Made by a program: the position numbers and the translations under genes
Origin: Azolla caroliniana
Taxonomy: Eukaryota > Plantae > Polypodiophyta
NCBI GenBank assembly: GCA_043228905.1
Contig: JBHGNT010000009.1
Coordinates: 8,060,001 to 8,124,000, forward strand
Length of the DNA stretch: 64,000 nt
Direction: 5' to 3'
Part shown: piece after piece, positions 14,547-28,300 of the stretch
Numbering within the stretch: position 1 is the first letter of the stretch
Layout of the letters: each line of letters begins with the position of its first letter
The notes under the pieces: model-generated
Databases searched by the model: none
What the model was told of the DNA's origin: nothing
The model's input: only the letters and a program-made list of their open reading frames with translations

Positions 14547-16597
14547 ATAGACATATATAATGTGTGGATGTATGTTTGTCATGCATGCAAGTAGGTGTAT
14601 GTGTGAGAATTTATGCATGGAAAATATGTAAACTTGCATCTGATAGACTTTCTATTATTATCCATACATTCATCCAATTCTGATGATGATTATCATGATC
14701 TGTTCTTTTTTTAAGAACCGTCCACATCTTCCCTGCACTCTACTGCCTGATATAATGCAAACTCAATATTGAAATGATTTAACCAAGAAATACTATCATC
14801 AACGTCACACATTTTTGCAGCTACATCATATTTTCTATATATATTTGTTGATTGTTGATCATTGCTCGTTGGTTCTTCCTTGTTGCTCAGTGATTGCCAC
14901 TTGCCGCGAGCTACTCAATATTGTGGGGTGAGTGCATATTTTTTAGTATTAGGGACTTGTGATGGTATTCATAATCAAGAAACAATGCATTGATATAATG
15001 AATGAATGCACGAGGTTACAACGTTTATGAAAATCTAAATTCCTTGCATTGTTGAGAGAGAGAGAGAGCTTTCAAATCAGAGCAGAGAGCAGGGGAGATG
15101 CTACGACTATGGTGGTAATTGCTTTTTATATGGTGCGGTAGTAGACAAAGAAGAAGGAGTTTGCAATGGTCACTCGAAGAAAATCTCTCCCAATTGCATT
15201 TGTGTTTGTGTGTGTGGAAGCGTCCGTTCGTCCATGGGATCAAAATCATGATTCTCTTTTTAGGCTATGATCGAAGCCAAAATTGTTGAATTGTTGGAGA
15301 TGCGTAATTAGAATTGTAACTAGGCATGAACATCTTACGCCCAAGAGCATTGCCTGGCTTTGGAGGATTCAAGGCAATTGCTTGGCCCGGCCACCAGAAA
15401 GACACAAGGGAAGGAGGTTTCTATACACAATATACAATTGCATCATTTAGTTTCGTAGTTCAACATGTTCCGGTTTTTCCCTACATTTCTGTTTCAATTT
15501 CTCCCTTTTTTGTTTTTTCTCCCTGTGTGTGTGCATGTGTGTATGTTATGTGCTTTCAACATGTAAACTTCTTTCTCGTTTGAGTTTATACATTTTCATG
15601 TATGGATGAATTTTCCTGCCAAGTCAACATAAGGCTTATTCCAATTTTTTCAGAACATGTAGGTTATTTGTACATTATTTGTAGGTTATTATGAGAAAAC
15701 TCGAGCTAGATATGAATGAACCTTATAACTCCTTTCATTTTTTGGTTTCAAAAAAACTTTGATTATTATGATCATATGGCATGCAATCTACCTTAATGGA
15801 ACAATGAGTATCCCATCACATTTCAAATTACATTTCTCTTTCCAACTTATCCTTATTAATGGATCTACTTCGACAACTTATCCTTATTAATGTGTGCATT
15901 GACTCAATTTCATTTATATTCCTATGTGACTACATGTGCGTGCAGGCTAATTTGAGCCTTCCTCTTTCTTCTTTATTTTTTGATAGATTGGAAGATCCAT
16001 AGTGGAAACTTGATCCTTTATTGCCTTGTAATCTTCCATATATCCTAATCTCTAGGTATTTTAATTTGCTTATTTTCTTTAGAATACATGGATTGTGTAT
16101 ATTTATTTCTCCTTGTAAATGGAATTTGTAGATTATGGTAGTCCAACATACTATACATCATTGGTATAGTATGGCCCACAACATTTTGTGATTTATTTTT
16201 CATTTTGTATTGTGCTAGAAAAATTTATTTGATTTGGTATGTGCTAAAATAATTCCTTAACATGTTCCCATTGATATTACCACTGATAGGAAAGTGACCG
16301 GTTAAAATTTTAAATTCCGATTAAGTTCATAAGAAGCAGGAAAATTTCCGGTAGGGGTTAGAGACTTTCCCCAACACTGATCTCATGTGCAAAGGTGCAC
16401 ATGTGTGAGTAGAATATAGGTACAAAGTCCTATATTAAATGAACATGGGAGTGAAGGATCTACAATGTATCCCACTCAAGTACAAAATCCTATTTAAGGC
16501 TCTAAGGGTAACACACTAACTAGATTCTATCTAGGTAACTACTAAGTTATGTGTGTTAACTAATTAACTAAATCTAGTTGAGCTTGATATCTCACCA

Positions 16598-17142
16598 GCT
16601 TCCAATTCAAGTCTAGAGGTGCCATCAAATCTTACAAAAGCTTACGCAACGAGGTATAGGAAGAAGAAACGTTTAAATTTCCAATATAACAACGTCAACC
16701 CCGATTCCACAAAAGTCACTTATTTTATTTGCAATCAAGTATCAAGCATTCCAGTATGTCTTCAATAAGGACAAGGCTACAAGTCTCCCAGAGTAGCAAA
16801 CTTATGATTGTCCTATCAAATCTTCAGCCAAGAGAATATGAACTTCTTTATTGCTTTCAAATCAAGTCCAGAGTTGCCATCAAATCTTCACAATATCTCT
16901 ACAAAGCTTACGCAATGAGGTAAAGGAAGAAGAAACGTTTACATTTCCGGTATAACAACGTCAACCCCGAATCCACAAAAGTCACTTATCTTACTTGCAA
17001 TCAAGTATCAAGCATTCCAGTATGTCTTCAATAAGGACAAGGTTGCAAATCTCCCAAAACATCAACCTTATGATTGTGCCATCAATCTTTAACGAGGCGA
17101 ATATGAACTTCCTTATTGCTTCCAATTCAAGTCCAAAGTTGC
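16598..17142 (+). repeat. Two further ~270-bp tandem units of the gypsy-derived repeat at 9398-9671
   Basis: Near-identical TTGCAATCAAGTATCAAGCATTC...GCCATCAAATCTT units. ORFs 16729 and 16995 are near-duplicates of each other. Confidence 0.85.
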
Positions 17143-18006
17143 CAATGATGAAAAGGGAAGATGATGAACATCAATGATAAAATACAAATATAAATGGCAA
17201 ATTGACAACTATATCGATCTAGAGGGGCAAATGTTATAAAGAGAACATGTATAAATGACGTATTATGCATTTAATTCTATGTTCATATTTAGTATTGAGT
17301 CTTGGACACAATCAAATAACAACTTGTTGCAAGACAACATGGCCAAAAATGGTAGGTCATTCTTTTGGTTGCCCACATTGAGCTACTCCTAACATAATGA
17401 GGTTAAATAGTAGAGAATAAATGGATGTGTGTGCTAGGGGGTAAAAAAACTGCATGCTTATTGATGATTCAAAACAACATCTAGAACTAGATTCTAAGCT
17501 ACCCAAGCAAAATAAACGGATGCGTATTAAAATGCAAAACTTAACATTTTGACAATGCAAATAAGATCGGAGGGACTAATATCAATTAAATCATTCGATT
17601 AAGATTGAAGGGACCAATATCAATTAAGTCAAGAAAGTGCACAAATTCCCTAATACTTGTTGACATGTGATTGGCAGTCTAGGTAATGTTGAAATGATAT
17701 TGTCCCTCGAAAGCAACCTTTCTTCATTGTTGTCCCACAAGAGGAGATTGATCATTATTACAATTTACAAATAGCATGTGCATTCATTCATTTTGAGCTA
17801 GAAGCTCCACCACAATAATAATTTTGAGCACTAAAATGTTGTCATGTACCATTAGATATTTATTGATTATTTTATGCACATAATACATTAAAGTGCAACA
17901 AAATAGATTTGTAAATTATATTGTTGTTTTATACCTTTACAACTTTTAGCTTTTATCAAGGTGTATTTATATACATCAAATGTGCTACCAAATCATCCAC
18001 AAAACT

Positions 18007-20182
18007 TTATACATTAGGGTATGAAAAATGTTTGCTAAATATCCTCGATGTCGAGAAACGTTTGGACTTGTTGAGAGATTGCTTGATCGATGGAATCCTC
18101 CTAGCAACACTCTTCCAAATCATGTTCACAGCATCGTCCGGGAGAGCAGGGAACTGATACTCAAAATGATAATCGAGTTGCTTCAATTTCATCCATTTAC
18201 GAGTCCATGTTTTCTCGTCGATGCTCCGGAGAAATGCCATCAAGAACCCATGTAGAAGTGCATCGCTTGATTTCACGAACAATGAAAAGTCGGAGTAATC
18301 CAATTCTTCTTCAAAGGGAACCTCAATCTCATCACTAATAATTACGGGGATGCAATGGCTAACAATCGCATCAAAAAGCCGATTGGACGACGGGGTGTCG
18401 CCCGCGAGGTGGAGGCAAAACTTGGAGGACCTCATGCCCTCGGAGGCACTTTGTATCCCGTTGTTTTGTGTGGTGCCCGTAGAGAAATGCACGCCGGGCT
18501 CATCCTTTAGCATCTCGTAAAGTTGTTGACGGATAACGCCACCCTGTTAGGCCAAAGGTGTTGTGTTAGATCGAAGTGGGATCTGATTGACCTCGTGATG
18601 AGAAACCACAAGGGGAGTAGTAACACAAGAAGATATAGACATCTAATCTTCCCACTTGTCCCAACTTTATCTATATATAACTTCTTGTGTGAGAATTCCA
18701 AAGAAAAAGAAGCACATACAATTAAAGATATATTTAAACCTCCCAATGGTTTCTTACATGAGGGGTGGGGAGGGAATCAATGTCTAAACTTGTGAAATCA
18801 TAACCATCAAGAAGAAGCAAAAAGCCACACAATTTAGAAAAATGTTTAAAAAGTTGGGGCATAATTTTAATTACCCCTTTCCTCACAATGGCTCCTTGGA
18901 AGAAGAGCAAGGTCTTCCGGCTTGTGAAGCTCGAGTCGTCGTCGACAAATGTCGGGACCATGTGCTTGTAAGGGGCCACTACATCTTTACCCGCATTGGC
19001 TATGTCAGGATGGTACCTTCCGAAGTCCGACACTATGAAGAGGGCTTGGTGTAGCCGCTCCCTCACGACGTGGAGGCTATTGGGGTGGTGCATTACGATC
19101 ACGTGGTCTTTCCCGCCCGACCGTGTCCACGTGTCGTACCCCGAGAGCAGGCGTACGAGCTCCTCTTGGAGCCGGACATTCTTGTCCGGGGGAGGTGGTA
19201 TCCTGTTGGGCGGGGGCGAGGGCTCAGCCGGCCGCGTGTACCGGTTGTAGCTGAGGGACGAGAAGAAAGGGACGAAGTAGAGGTCGGCGTCTTTCGGGTT
19301 GTCCACGAGGAGGGCCAGGCGGCACGGGGCACCCGGATCGTGCCGGGACAAGAGGAGATCGAGGGTGAGCCAGTACTCGATGCTATGCTGCATGTTGAGC
19401 CCGCCTGGGTATCGCGGCAATGTGTCGGGCCACGATGGTGGTGATGATGGTGATGGTGATGATGAATTCTCCGAGAAATGATATCCTGAGGTGCTGGAAT
19501 TAAGGTCTGGCCATATGATGTGGGGGTGGCTATGGTGATAGGTGCTGGTTGGGATCATGCCAAAGTGAAACTGAGGAGGAAGATCATACATGAAGATCTT
19601 CAGAGGAGGAGGATTCATTGATAATGATGATGATGATGATGATTCATTCCCCTTACTCCTCTTCCTCTTCTTCTTCTTCTTGCTACAAATGGTACTGTAA
19701 GTAGAGATTCCTGCTTCTACATAGGTCATTCCTTGGCTCTTGGAGGAAGAGCCTTCAACTACCTTTGGTGTGATTGTCTCAGAGAGCACCCCACCCATGG
19801 TGCACGAGATTCCTTCCACACGAGAATCCATCATTCTCTTGATTCCTGAGTAGGAATCCTGGGCCGAAGCCGAATCCTGGGCCGAGGCCGAGGCCGAAGC
19901 CGACCTGAGAATCGAAAAGTTCCGGGGCGTTTGGCTGAGCAGCTCCTGAGGGGATGCTGATTGTATGGAAAACATGGATCCTAACAAGATTAACAGTGAT
20001 AGAGTCAAGACGATGGCGACGACTGTTCTTCTTCGTTTGACAGAGATTTGTTGATGTCGATTGCTGGGGCGCCCTAATAATGCCTTTGTAGGCAATGGCT
20101 CAGAATTAGAAGAAGAGGAAGGGGAAGAGGAAGAGGAAGAGGAGGAGGAGGAGGAGGAAGAAGAAGAAGAAGAAGAAGACAT
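18007..20182 (-). CDS. GT47 exostosin-family glycosyltransferase (ARAD1-like probable arabinosyltransferase), ~614 aa, exons 20182-18875 and 18543-18007
   Basis: N-terminal TM segment (VVAIVLTLSLLILLGSMF). Motifs LKIFMYDLPPQFHFG, YPGGLNMQHSIEYWLTLDLL, ADLYFVPFFSSLSYN and SSKFCLHLAGDTPSSNRLFDAIVSHCIPVIISD. A GT-AG intron joins RKG|GGVIRQQL in phase 0. Confidence 0.93.
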
Positions 20183-20325
20183 TGTTTCATTTGGCAGAGA
20201 ATGAGAGAGGGTTAGAAGCAGCTAAGAAGAAGAAGAAGAAGAAGAATTGTTTGGTAATTTAACCAAGTAAACAGCATTGTGGAGAAGAACAAGAAAGGAA
20301 GCCCTAAACTGTGGGGATGGGTTGT

Positions 20326-20328
<3 letters not shown>

Positions 20329-20387
<59 letters not shown>

Positions 20388-20546
20388 CAAAATTAACCCT
20401 AAACCACTGAATTTTGACAGGGAGAGAGACAGAGATAGAGACAGAGACAGAGACAGAGAGTGCTTTCCAGCTCAACTCATGGGAAAGAAAAGAAGAAAAA
20501 GATGCAGGTGGGAGAAAAAGCTCTGTTTTGAGTCGCACAGAGAGAT

Positions 20547-20578
<32 letters not shown>
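20329..20578. repeat. (GA)n microsatellites in the GT47 5' region
   Basis: (AG)n at ~20329-20385 and ~20548-20578. Confidence 0.9.
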
Positions 20579-20580
<2 letters not shown>

Positions 20581-21399
20581 AGGGGAAGGGTTTTTTTGTG
20601 TGTGTTTGCCGCGACCCAAACAAAAGCAAAGAAAACAAAGGAAAGCAAATCAGAAAGCAATTTGTTTTTTTGTGTGTGTGTGTGTTGGGGGGGTATGTCC
20701 CACACAACACAAACATCACAAAACCATACAAAACGAACAAACAGACCAAGTGTCTCTTTCTCCTCTCCTTCTTGCCATTCATTCATCCATCCATTCATTT
20801 AGTTTTTATTTAGCCTTGGGTCCTCTGTCTATTCTTGGCCATCCATCCATTTCATTCTAGGTGTGTGATGATGTCAATCCAAGCTCCCTTTCCCAGACAA
20901 TGAATCAAAAGATGGGTCCGCGAACTACCCATGTGGGGGTTGAGCGAAAGAAACCTCATGTTTGGTTCCTCCTCACAACATGCCTCCTCCTCCATTCGAC
21001 TCACCACCATGGTGGCACATGAACCACCCCCTGATGCCGCTGTCATGCCCACTCTCGCTACCGGGGTTGTGTTAGAGTCTAACTAGAAATCATGCGCACT
21101 CTCGTTATTGGGCTTGTGTTTAGAGTCTAACTAATTAATTAAGCAAAACATACGGAATTATAGATCAAAGAAACAAATGAGGGGTACCAAACAAATGAAT
21201 GGTTCAACAATACACTAAGCAAATCTTCTACTTATATAACATACATGGGATCACGGATGATCACCACTGGGCATACATGTTGTGTGCCACTGGGTGCATG
21301 GATGCATGTCATTTGGCAATCATCCATAGAGATACTATTCTAATGTTTGATTTGTGCGTTCTGTTTGACCATCGGTTTTAGGATGAAAACTTGAAGAGA

Positions 21400-21690
21400 G
21401 TTTATGAGAAATTGTAAGAATCATTGGGAATGTAAACATGGTTGTTTTGAAAAAGCAACCCATGATGCCAACTAAAGTTACCATAATCCATATGGGAAAA
21501 CCTAGAGCATGAACAAGAAGCACGATTTGGAACGATGTGGTCTAAAATATGTTGTGCAAAATCATCTGAACCAATGCTTGAGCGGATATAATCAAGAAAT
21601 CTTGAATCTAAAGGTGTCTCAAAAACATTTGTTACCATTAATCATAGACGACTTGGACTCAAAAGGACTTGTTCTTGATGATCATAAGTT
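21400..21690 (-). pseudogene. Ty3/gypsy RNaseH-integrase linker remnant
   Basis: FLDYIRSSIGSDDFAQHIL...FSWHHGLLFQNNHVYIP resembles the gypsy pre-integrase linker. Confidence 0.5.
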
Positions 21691-22294
21691 GGGTCCCCCG
21701 GTTTTGGTGCAAAATAAGAGTGTCACGAACCTCAACTAGAATTCTAACAGGTTTTAACGGAGTCTTAACCAAACATTCATCTTCTAATGGGATCCTACCT
21801 AATCGTCTATCATGTAGAACATCGTAACTTAAGAGAACACCATTATCTCTAAGGCCTCGAACTCCAAGTAGAATATGGAAATTAAAAAATAATCCCACCC
21901 ACTTATTAAAATTAGAAAGTAGATTATCTTGCAAGGGTACCTGCAACTTCCTCAACTCATCAACTATCAACTTGCCTCCTCTTATTCCTCTATATGCCTG
22001 TTGCATAATATGATTAGGATTGTGAACAAAACATTGCCAAGTACTAAGAGATGAAGCAAAAGATAAATTCACTTGAGCCCAATTTAATCAGACTCTCCTC
22101 CACAACATAGATCCTTCATCATCTAGAAATAAAGGATTCCGAATCAAGGGTTGATGTTGTTGGAGTCAGTCATCTAGGATGTGAAACAGAGAGCAACACT
22201 ATATGATGAAGAACACCAAGATCATACACTTAGACAATATGAGCAGGTGATTAATAAACAACTTAGCAAGAACAAGAGGATTGAATAGAGACGC

Positions 22295-22348
<54 letters not shown>

Positions 22349-22350
<2 letters not shown>

Positions 22351-25300
22351 GAAAAACACGATGACGTTTCAAGAATAGTGTTGAAACATGTTTCTAATGT
22401 AACTTTGTCCTCAGAACTCCGTTTTTTATGATTTTTGGCTCATTGCGAAGCTCGTTTAGAGGGTTTTGCAAGGATTATTTGGACGTTACATTTCGTTATT
22501 GTTACAAGAAGCTACAAGAAAAAGTGTCATCGTCTCAGGTTATTTCTCTCAATCTCTATTAGGATGGCTAACACAACAATAGGAAGTGAGTTGATGATTG
22601 TTGATTGAATGTGGTAGTGATGATGGTTATGAAAATTACAAGAGGCAAAAGTGTATTGATTCTACAAAACATGAGAAAACATCATATGCTGCTATTCTTG
22701 GTGGGAAAGATGTTATTGGAGATGATTATGATATTAACAGTCGTTGTAATTTTGTTAAGGCTTTGCTTTCCGATTTTATGGAAAAAAATGAGAAAGATGC
22801 CAAAGATTGTGTGGAGGAGGATGTTGTCGAGGTGGTGATGGAGACCAATTCTATGTTAGCAACTTTTGACAGGTTCTATGATCGTGGTGTTATTTTGTAT
22901 TTCACTAGCAAACTTCCTTTGGTATCATGGATTAAGCAGTGGTTGAATTCATTCATAATGCCTAATTGTGTTGAGGATGTGTATGTGGGTCCAAAAGGTT
23001 TCTATGATGTAGTTTTTCGATCGTCAGAACACTGTACGACTTTGATGGCAAAGGTACCAATCTTTTTTGATAGAAGATTAGTGCATGCGATGGAATGGGT
23101 TCCAGTGGTGGATTATAAAGATTTATTAAAACAACAATGTCCAATTTGGGTGATCGTTGATTGTAGTAACTCATTCTTTTGGGATTTACTAACAGGATTG
23201 ATATCCCAAATTGGTAAAGTTTTGGTTGCTCCTCATGTTAATTCGTTGAACAAATATAGATTTTGCATGTTATGCGATACACGTTGTAAACTACCAGGAA
23301 TCATGGTTGAGTATCGATACATCTCGATTTGGTCGATTTCGTTTTAAGCTTCAATGGGAAACTTTTGCAAGACATTGTTTTAAATGTGGTAAATTAGGGC
23401 ATTTTATGGTTGAATGCCAATATCATGGTGAACTATCCCCAGAAAATAATGTCAAGGGAAAAATAAGGAAGATGTTGAGAAGGATATTGTCTCAATGGTT
23501 GATATGGTCATGGATGAGGGAACATCTCATGGGTTAGAGCGAGATCCTAAAGTTCATGGTCATGTTAGAGGTGTTGGGGAAGAGAATGGAGTATGTAATA
23601 ATGATGGCCCACATGTTGAAGATGGAGAGTGGCATCAAGTGAAGCATAATATAAAAGGGAAAGGGTGTTGCCATACAAAGGGAATAAAAAAAAACTTACG
23701 GTACGACATTACCAAAAGATAATTTGATATTGAAGGAGGGGTTTAAGAAAAAACCTTGGTAGAAACAAGTGCGAAATCAGAGATTGTCCAACCAATTACA
23801 ATTCGATTCTTCAGGAAGGGTGGTACGACATCAATTAAATCAAGGACTTCATTCTCGTGGAGCTAGACAACAAAACCCTAATATTGGTGGAAGGGATGTA
23901 GTACACACAAATCCTTATGCAACTCTTGAACAAGTAGTTAGTACATTCATGAATACACTTGCTCATAAAGAGCAAGTTCTTACCAAAGGTGTTAAATGAA
24001 AGTGGTATCATGGAATGTGAGAGGGGCATCTTCTCCTCATAAGAAATATATATTATGGAAAACTTTATTTGATAAAGATTGGGATGTTTTATGTGCAGTT
24101 GAACATAAGTGTCATGATTTAGCAGGATCTGTGTTACATTTGTGTGGATATTCCGCATATTATGCAGGACAATTATCACATCATTACTCAAGGGTTGTCA
24201 TGATTATTCGTGATTTGTTTTGTCCACATATAGTCTATAATGATCCATATGGACGTTTTTTGGTGATGGAAGTCAAGTATTTTGAGGATTTGATATGGTT
24301 GGTAGGAATCTATGCACCCAATAATGCTAATCAACGCATTGAGTTATGGTCTTCAATGTATCCACGGTTATTAGGGGGACGTGTTGGTTTGTTAATGGGT
24401 GATTTTAATATGTGTGTTGATGCTTCACAATCTACTTCATGATTCTCATTGATGGATTCTCTTGAGCAAGCAGTTTGGGACAAATTGACATAAGAGGTTT
24501 TGAAGTTGGATGTATGGAAATGATTGTATCAAGATGAGGTTGGGTTTGCATTTCAGTCTATGCAATACAAGGAAACATGGAGTAGGTTAGATAGAATGTA
24601 TGTTATGCATGATGAGTCCTTTTTGCCAAAGATGCTTAATATGTCAATTATGCAAGAGGTTGTGACATCGGATCATTTTCCCATATGTTTTGAGTTTAAT
24701 AAACATGGGGTAGATATGTACAAAACATTGCTTCAACGAGTTCCTTTGAGGTTTAATTCTTCTTTATTATTACATTCTTTATTTGATGCCTATATGCAAC
24801 AACTTTTTGGCATGTTTTCAGAACAAGTTATTTCAAAAGGATGACATGCATGGGATACAACACTACAAAACATTAATGATATTCATCGTATGTATGGTAT
24901 GACTAATGCTAAAAGACGTAAGAAACAGATTGATAAGTTTTCATATATTCTTATGCGGTGCAATTTACTATTGATGAATAATCCACATGATGAAGAGATT
25001 TTGGATGTTCAAGTTCAAGTACAAGACATTGTGAAGAATTTGTCTTGTCAAAGTTATCAACAGACAAGACTACATCAATTAAAGGAGGGATTTATAGATA
25101 ATCAATCGCAATCTCATATGTTTTTTCAAGGATTAAGACCACCATATGCTCATTCAAATGTGGTACAAATTAAGATAGGGGATGACATTGTTGTAGACCC
25201 AGTCAAGGTTATTGAGTTATGTATTACTCATTTAAAGAATTTGATTGGGCCAGAGTTGATTATTAATGAGGATGTCTTGAAAGCACGACAAGAGTTTTAT

Positions 25301-28300
25301 AATGTAATTGGGAGTGTCGTGAATACAAATATTTGTCAAGAATTGAATGCAGATTTTGAAGAAGCTGAGGTGGAAAAGGTATTGTTACACCTTCCAAATG
25401 GTAAAAGCCCTGGTTGGAATGGTGTTACAAATGAAGTTTTTAAGAAGTATGCTAGCATGCTTAAGAGTCCATTCACACAAATGTTTCAACAATGTTGGGA
25501 TTCTGGTTTCATGCTTGAGAGCTAGAAGGTGGGCTTAATCAAATTGATACCAAAGGTACCATCTCCAAAGTCATTTCATCAATGGAGGCCTATTTCATTG
25601 ATGGAAGGGTTGTACAAAGTGTTTGCAAAGATATTATCCAACAGACTTAAGAAGTTCTTACCTCAACTTATTCATCCATCTCAATAGGGTTTTATTACAG
25701 GTAGAAATATATTGCATAATGTTTTGAATGTTCAAATGACGACCGATTATGCTCGACATACACATCAAGAAATGGTTATGGTGCAATTAGATTTGGAAAA
25801 AGCATATGATCATGTTAATTGGTCTTTCCTCTCAGGTGTGGTGTATAATGTGGGGTTTGTTCCTCGTATGTGTCGACTTATCTTTTTGCTAGGGCAAAAT
25901 GCAACCTCCCGTGTGATGCTTAATGGCGGAGTCACTCCGAAAATGTTTCTTACTAGATCTGTGTGGCAAGGATGTCCACTAAGCCCATTGTTATTTGCTA
26001 TTGTTACACATCCTTTGTTAGTAATGTTGTCAAATCTTGCGGCCAATGGTGATATTGTGGGTTTACATCTTCCTTCTAGTGGACAATTGGTGGCACAAGC
26101 ATTGGCAGATGATTCTTTTATATTTTTACAAGCCTCAAAAGAAAATCTTAAAAGGAGTATGCAAGTTTGGGATCAATTTGCTTTGGCTTCATGGTTGTAT
26201 ATAAATTGGAGGAAGTCTCAATTATGGCCCTTTCATGCACGACTCAAAGTGGTGCAATGTATCTTGATACCCATGTTATTATATTTTTTGCCTTTACTTC
26301 CTTGGACTAAGAAGGCATTACAAAGCATGTTACAACCTATTCGGTTCATGTTGTGGCGGAAGGGAGAAATGATGGGAGTTACATGGATTTCATGGGACCA
26401 TTTGGCTACTCCTAAAAGGTGAGGTGGTGCAACAATATTGGATTTGGAAAGGCATTTGATGGCTCGTAGATTTACATTATTACGAGATATATGTCAACAA
26501 GATCAACCATGGATATCTATGTTGCAATATTTTATTGAGCATGAAGGATTGGTGCATGGGAAAACAAAGATTCAAGAATCATGGTGGTCACTACTGAATG
26601 GAAGTATTCCTCTAAAGATTGGACATTCTGTATGTGGACAACATTTGGTAAGATCGTGGCAAGATGCATTAAGTGATCGAGAATATTGTAATTCATTACA
26701 AAATGAATTGATTGTTTCTTCTCGAGTGTTGTTTTGACATGGGAAAGAGAAGTTGAGATCTCAATTCAATCGTTTATTTCGATTGGGGATTGTACATTTG
26801 GAAGGTGTGGTTGATAATGAATCTCAAAGGTTGTCGGATTTTGAAGATGCCAAGAGATGGTTATGTATTCCCCCAAATTATGGATTTATTTGGGAGAAAT
26901 TACATGATATACCATTGTTGCAAGGATCTTTGCCATTGAAAACCAAATTTGCACCTTGGGTAGATTGGCGGTTACAAGATGGTACACGCTGTGGTGAAAA
27001 TACGACGAGGATACGTGAACTTGAGGCAGGACCCCGGGGCCTCCGATCGGAAGATATCAGATTCTTATGTTTATATTAAACAATTAATGGAAAATAAGAA
27101 AGATTGACAAATTTCATTAACAAATAGAAAAGAAAAATTACAATCAATCCCAAGATTGGGATTACAAAAGTTTTATCTTAAGGAGATTACTAGAATAATA
27201 GATTAGAGGAAATAAGAGATTATGATTCTTGAGTGATATGGCTTTGATAAGGAATTTTGGATTTTGAGAGATATGGCTTCCGTAGGGAAATTTTAGGGTT
27301 TATGGCTTCCGTAGGGAATTTAGGGTTTATGAGAGTTGACAAGGAAAAGAAAATTAATATGGAGAGAGTATGAGTGTAGGAAAAAAAAAATGGAATTTTA
27401 TATGGAGTTCTCTCTTGATCATCTGCATGTCCACTTTTTGTTGCATGGCCTCTACTTTTAGCTGCTTAGCTTTTTCTTTTAGTTGCATCTATTTTTAGTT
27501 GCATGGCCTCTACTTTTAGCTGCTTAGCTTTTTCTTTTAGTTGCATCTATTTTTAGTTGCATGCCTTTTTCTTTTTGTTGCATGGCCTCTACTTTTAGCT
27601 GCTTAGCTTTTTCTTTTAGTTGCATGGCTTTTTCTTTTAGTTGCATGCGACCGTCCACATGACCTTTACTTTTTGCATGCACTCCAACTTTAGTTGCTTG
27701 TGTCCACATGGCCTTTACTTTAGTTCTCTTCACTTTACTTTAGTTTGTTGCATGATCCAATCTTCCGTTCGTCCACGTCTAACCTCGTCTGGTAGCCGGT
27801 TCCACCTGATCACCAAATCCCTCACCGGTCGGTTCCAGTTTTGCTTACCGGCCGGTTTCCGGATTTGCTTACCGACTGATTTCCGGATTTGCTTACCAGC
27901 CGGTTTCCGATTTTGCTTGTCGATCGATTCCGGTTTTGCTTGCCGGTTCCAATTCCAGTTTGCTTGCCGATTCCGGTTCCGATTTTGCTTACCAACCGAT
28001 TTCCGGATTTGCTTATCAACCGGTTTTCGGTTTTTGGGAACTTGGCCACCATCATCCATCAAGACAAAGTGGCCAAAGTGCTCTTAGCACAAATGAAAAA
28101 TGAGGGAGCTCAAGGTGCTTATATAGCCAGGGCCTTAAGTTTTCTATCTATGTGGGATAGTTCTAATTTCCCTATCTTGTTTCTTTTGCACCGTTCCATT
28201 GGAGGATAGTACACATAGGTTCATTAAATGTCCTATAGCGTGTACCATTTGGAAGTACTTATCGAACATTTGGCAAGTTTTAACCCGTTGTTGTTTGAGA

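Larger units (their letters stand above)
9915..16379. mobile_element. Non-autonomous hAT-type DNA transposon carrying a MADS-box fragment
   Basis: TIRs CAATGTTGGGCAAAAGTC and GACTTTCCCCAACACTG. Perfect 8-bp TSD ATCTCATG (9907-9914, 16380-16387). Subterminal CCGG motifs. No transposase ORF seen. Confidence 0.85.
9672..16597 (-). mobile_element. Copia solo LTR (halves 9672-9914 and 16380-16597) split by the hAT insertion
   Basis: Both halves are colinear with LTR 10725-11165. 5-bp TSD GCTTC at 9667-9671 and 16598-16602. Confidence 0.85.

Noticed and set aside
20212-20860. ORFs with ER/SL dipeptide runs
   Set aside because: They are artefacts of (GA)n microsatellites in the GT47 leader/promoter.
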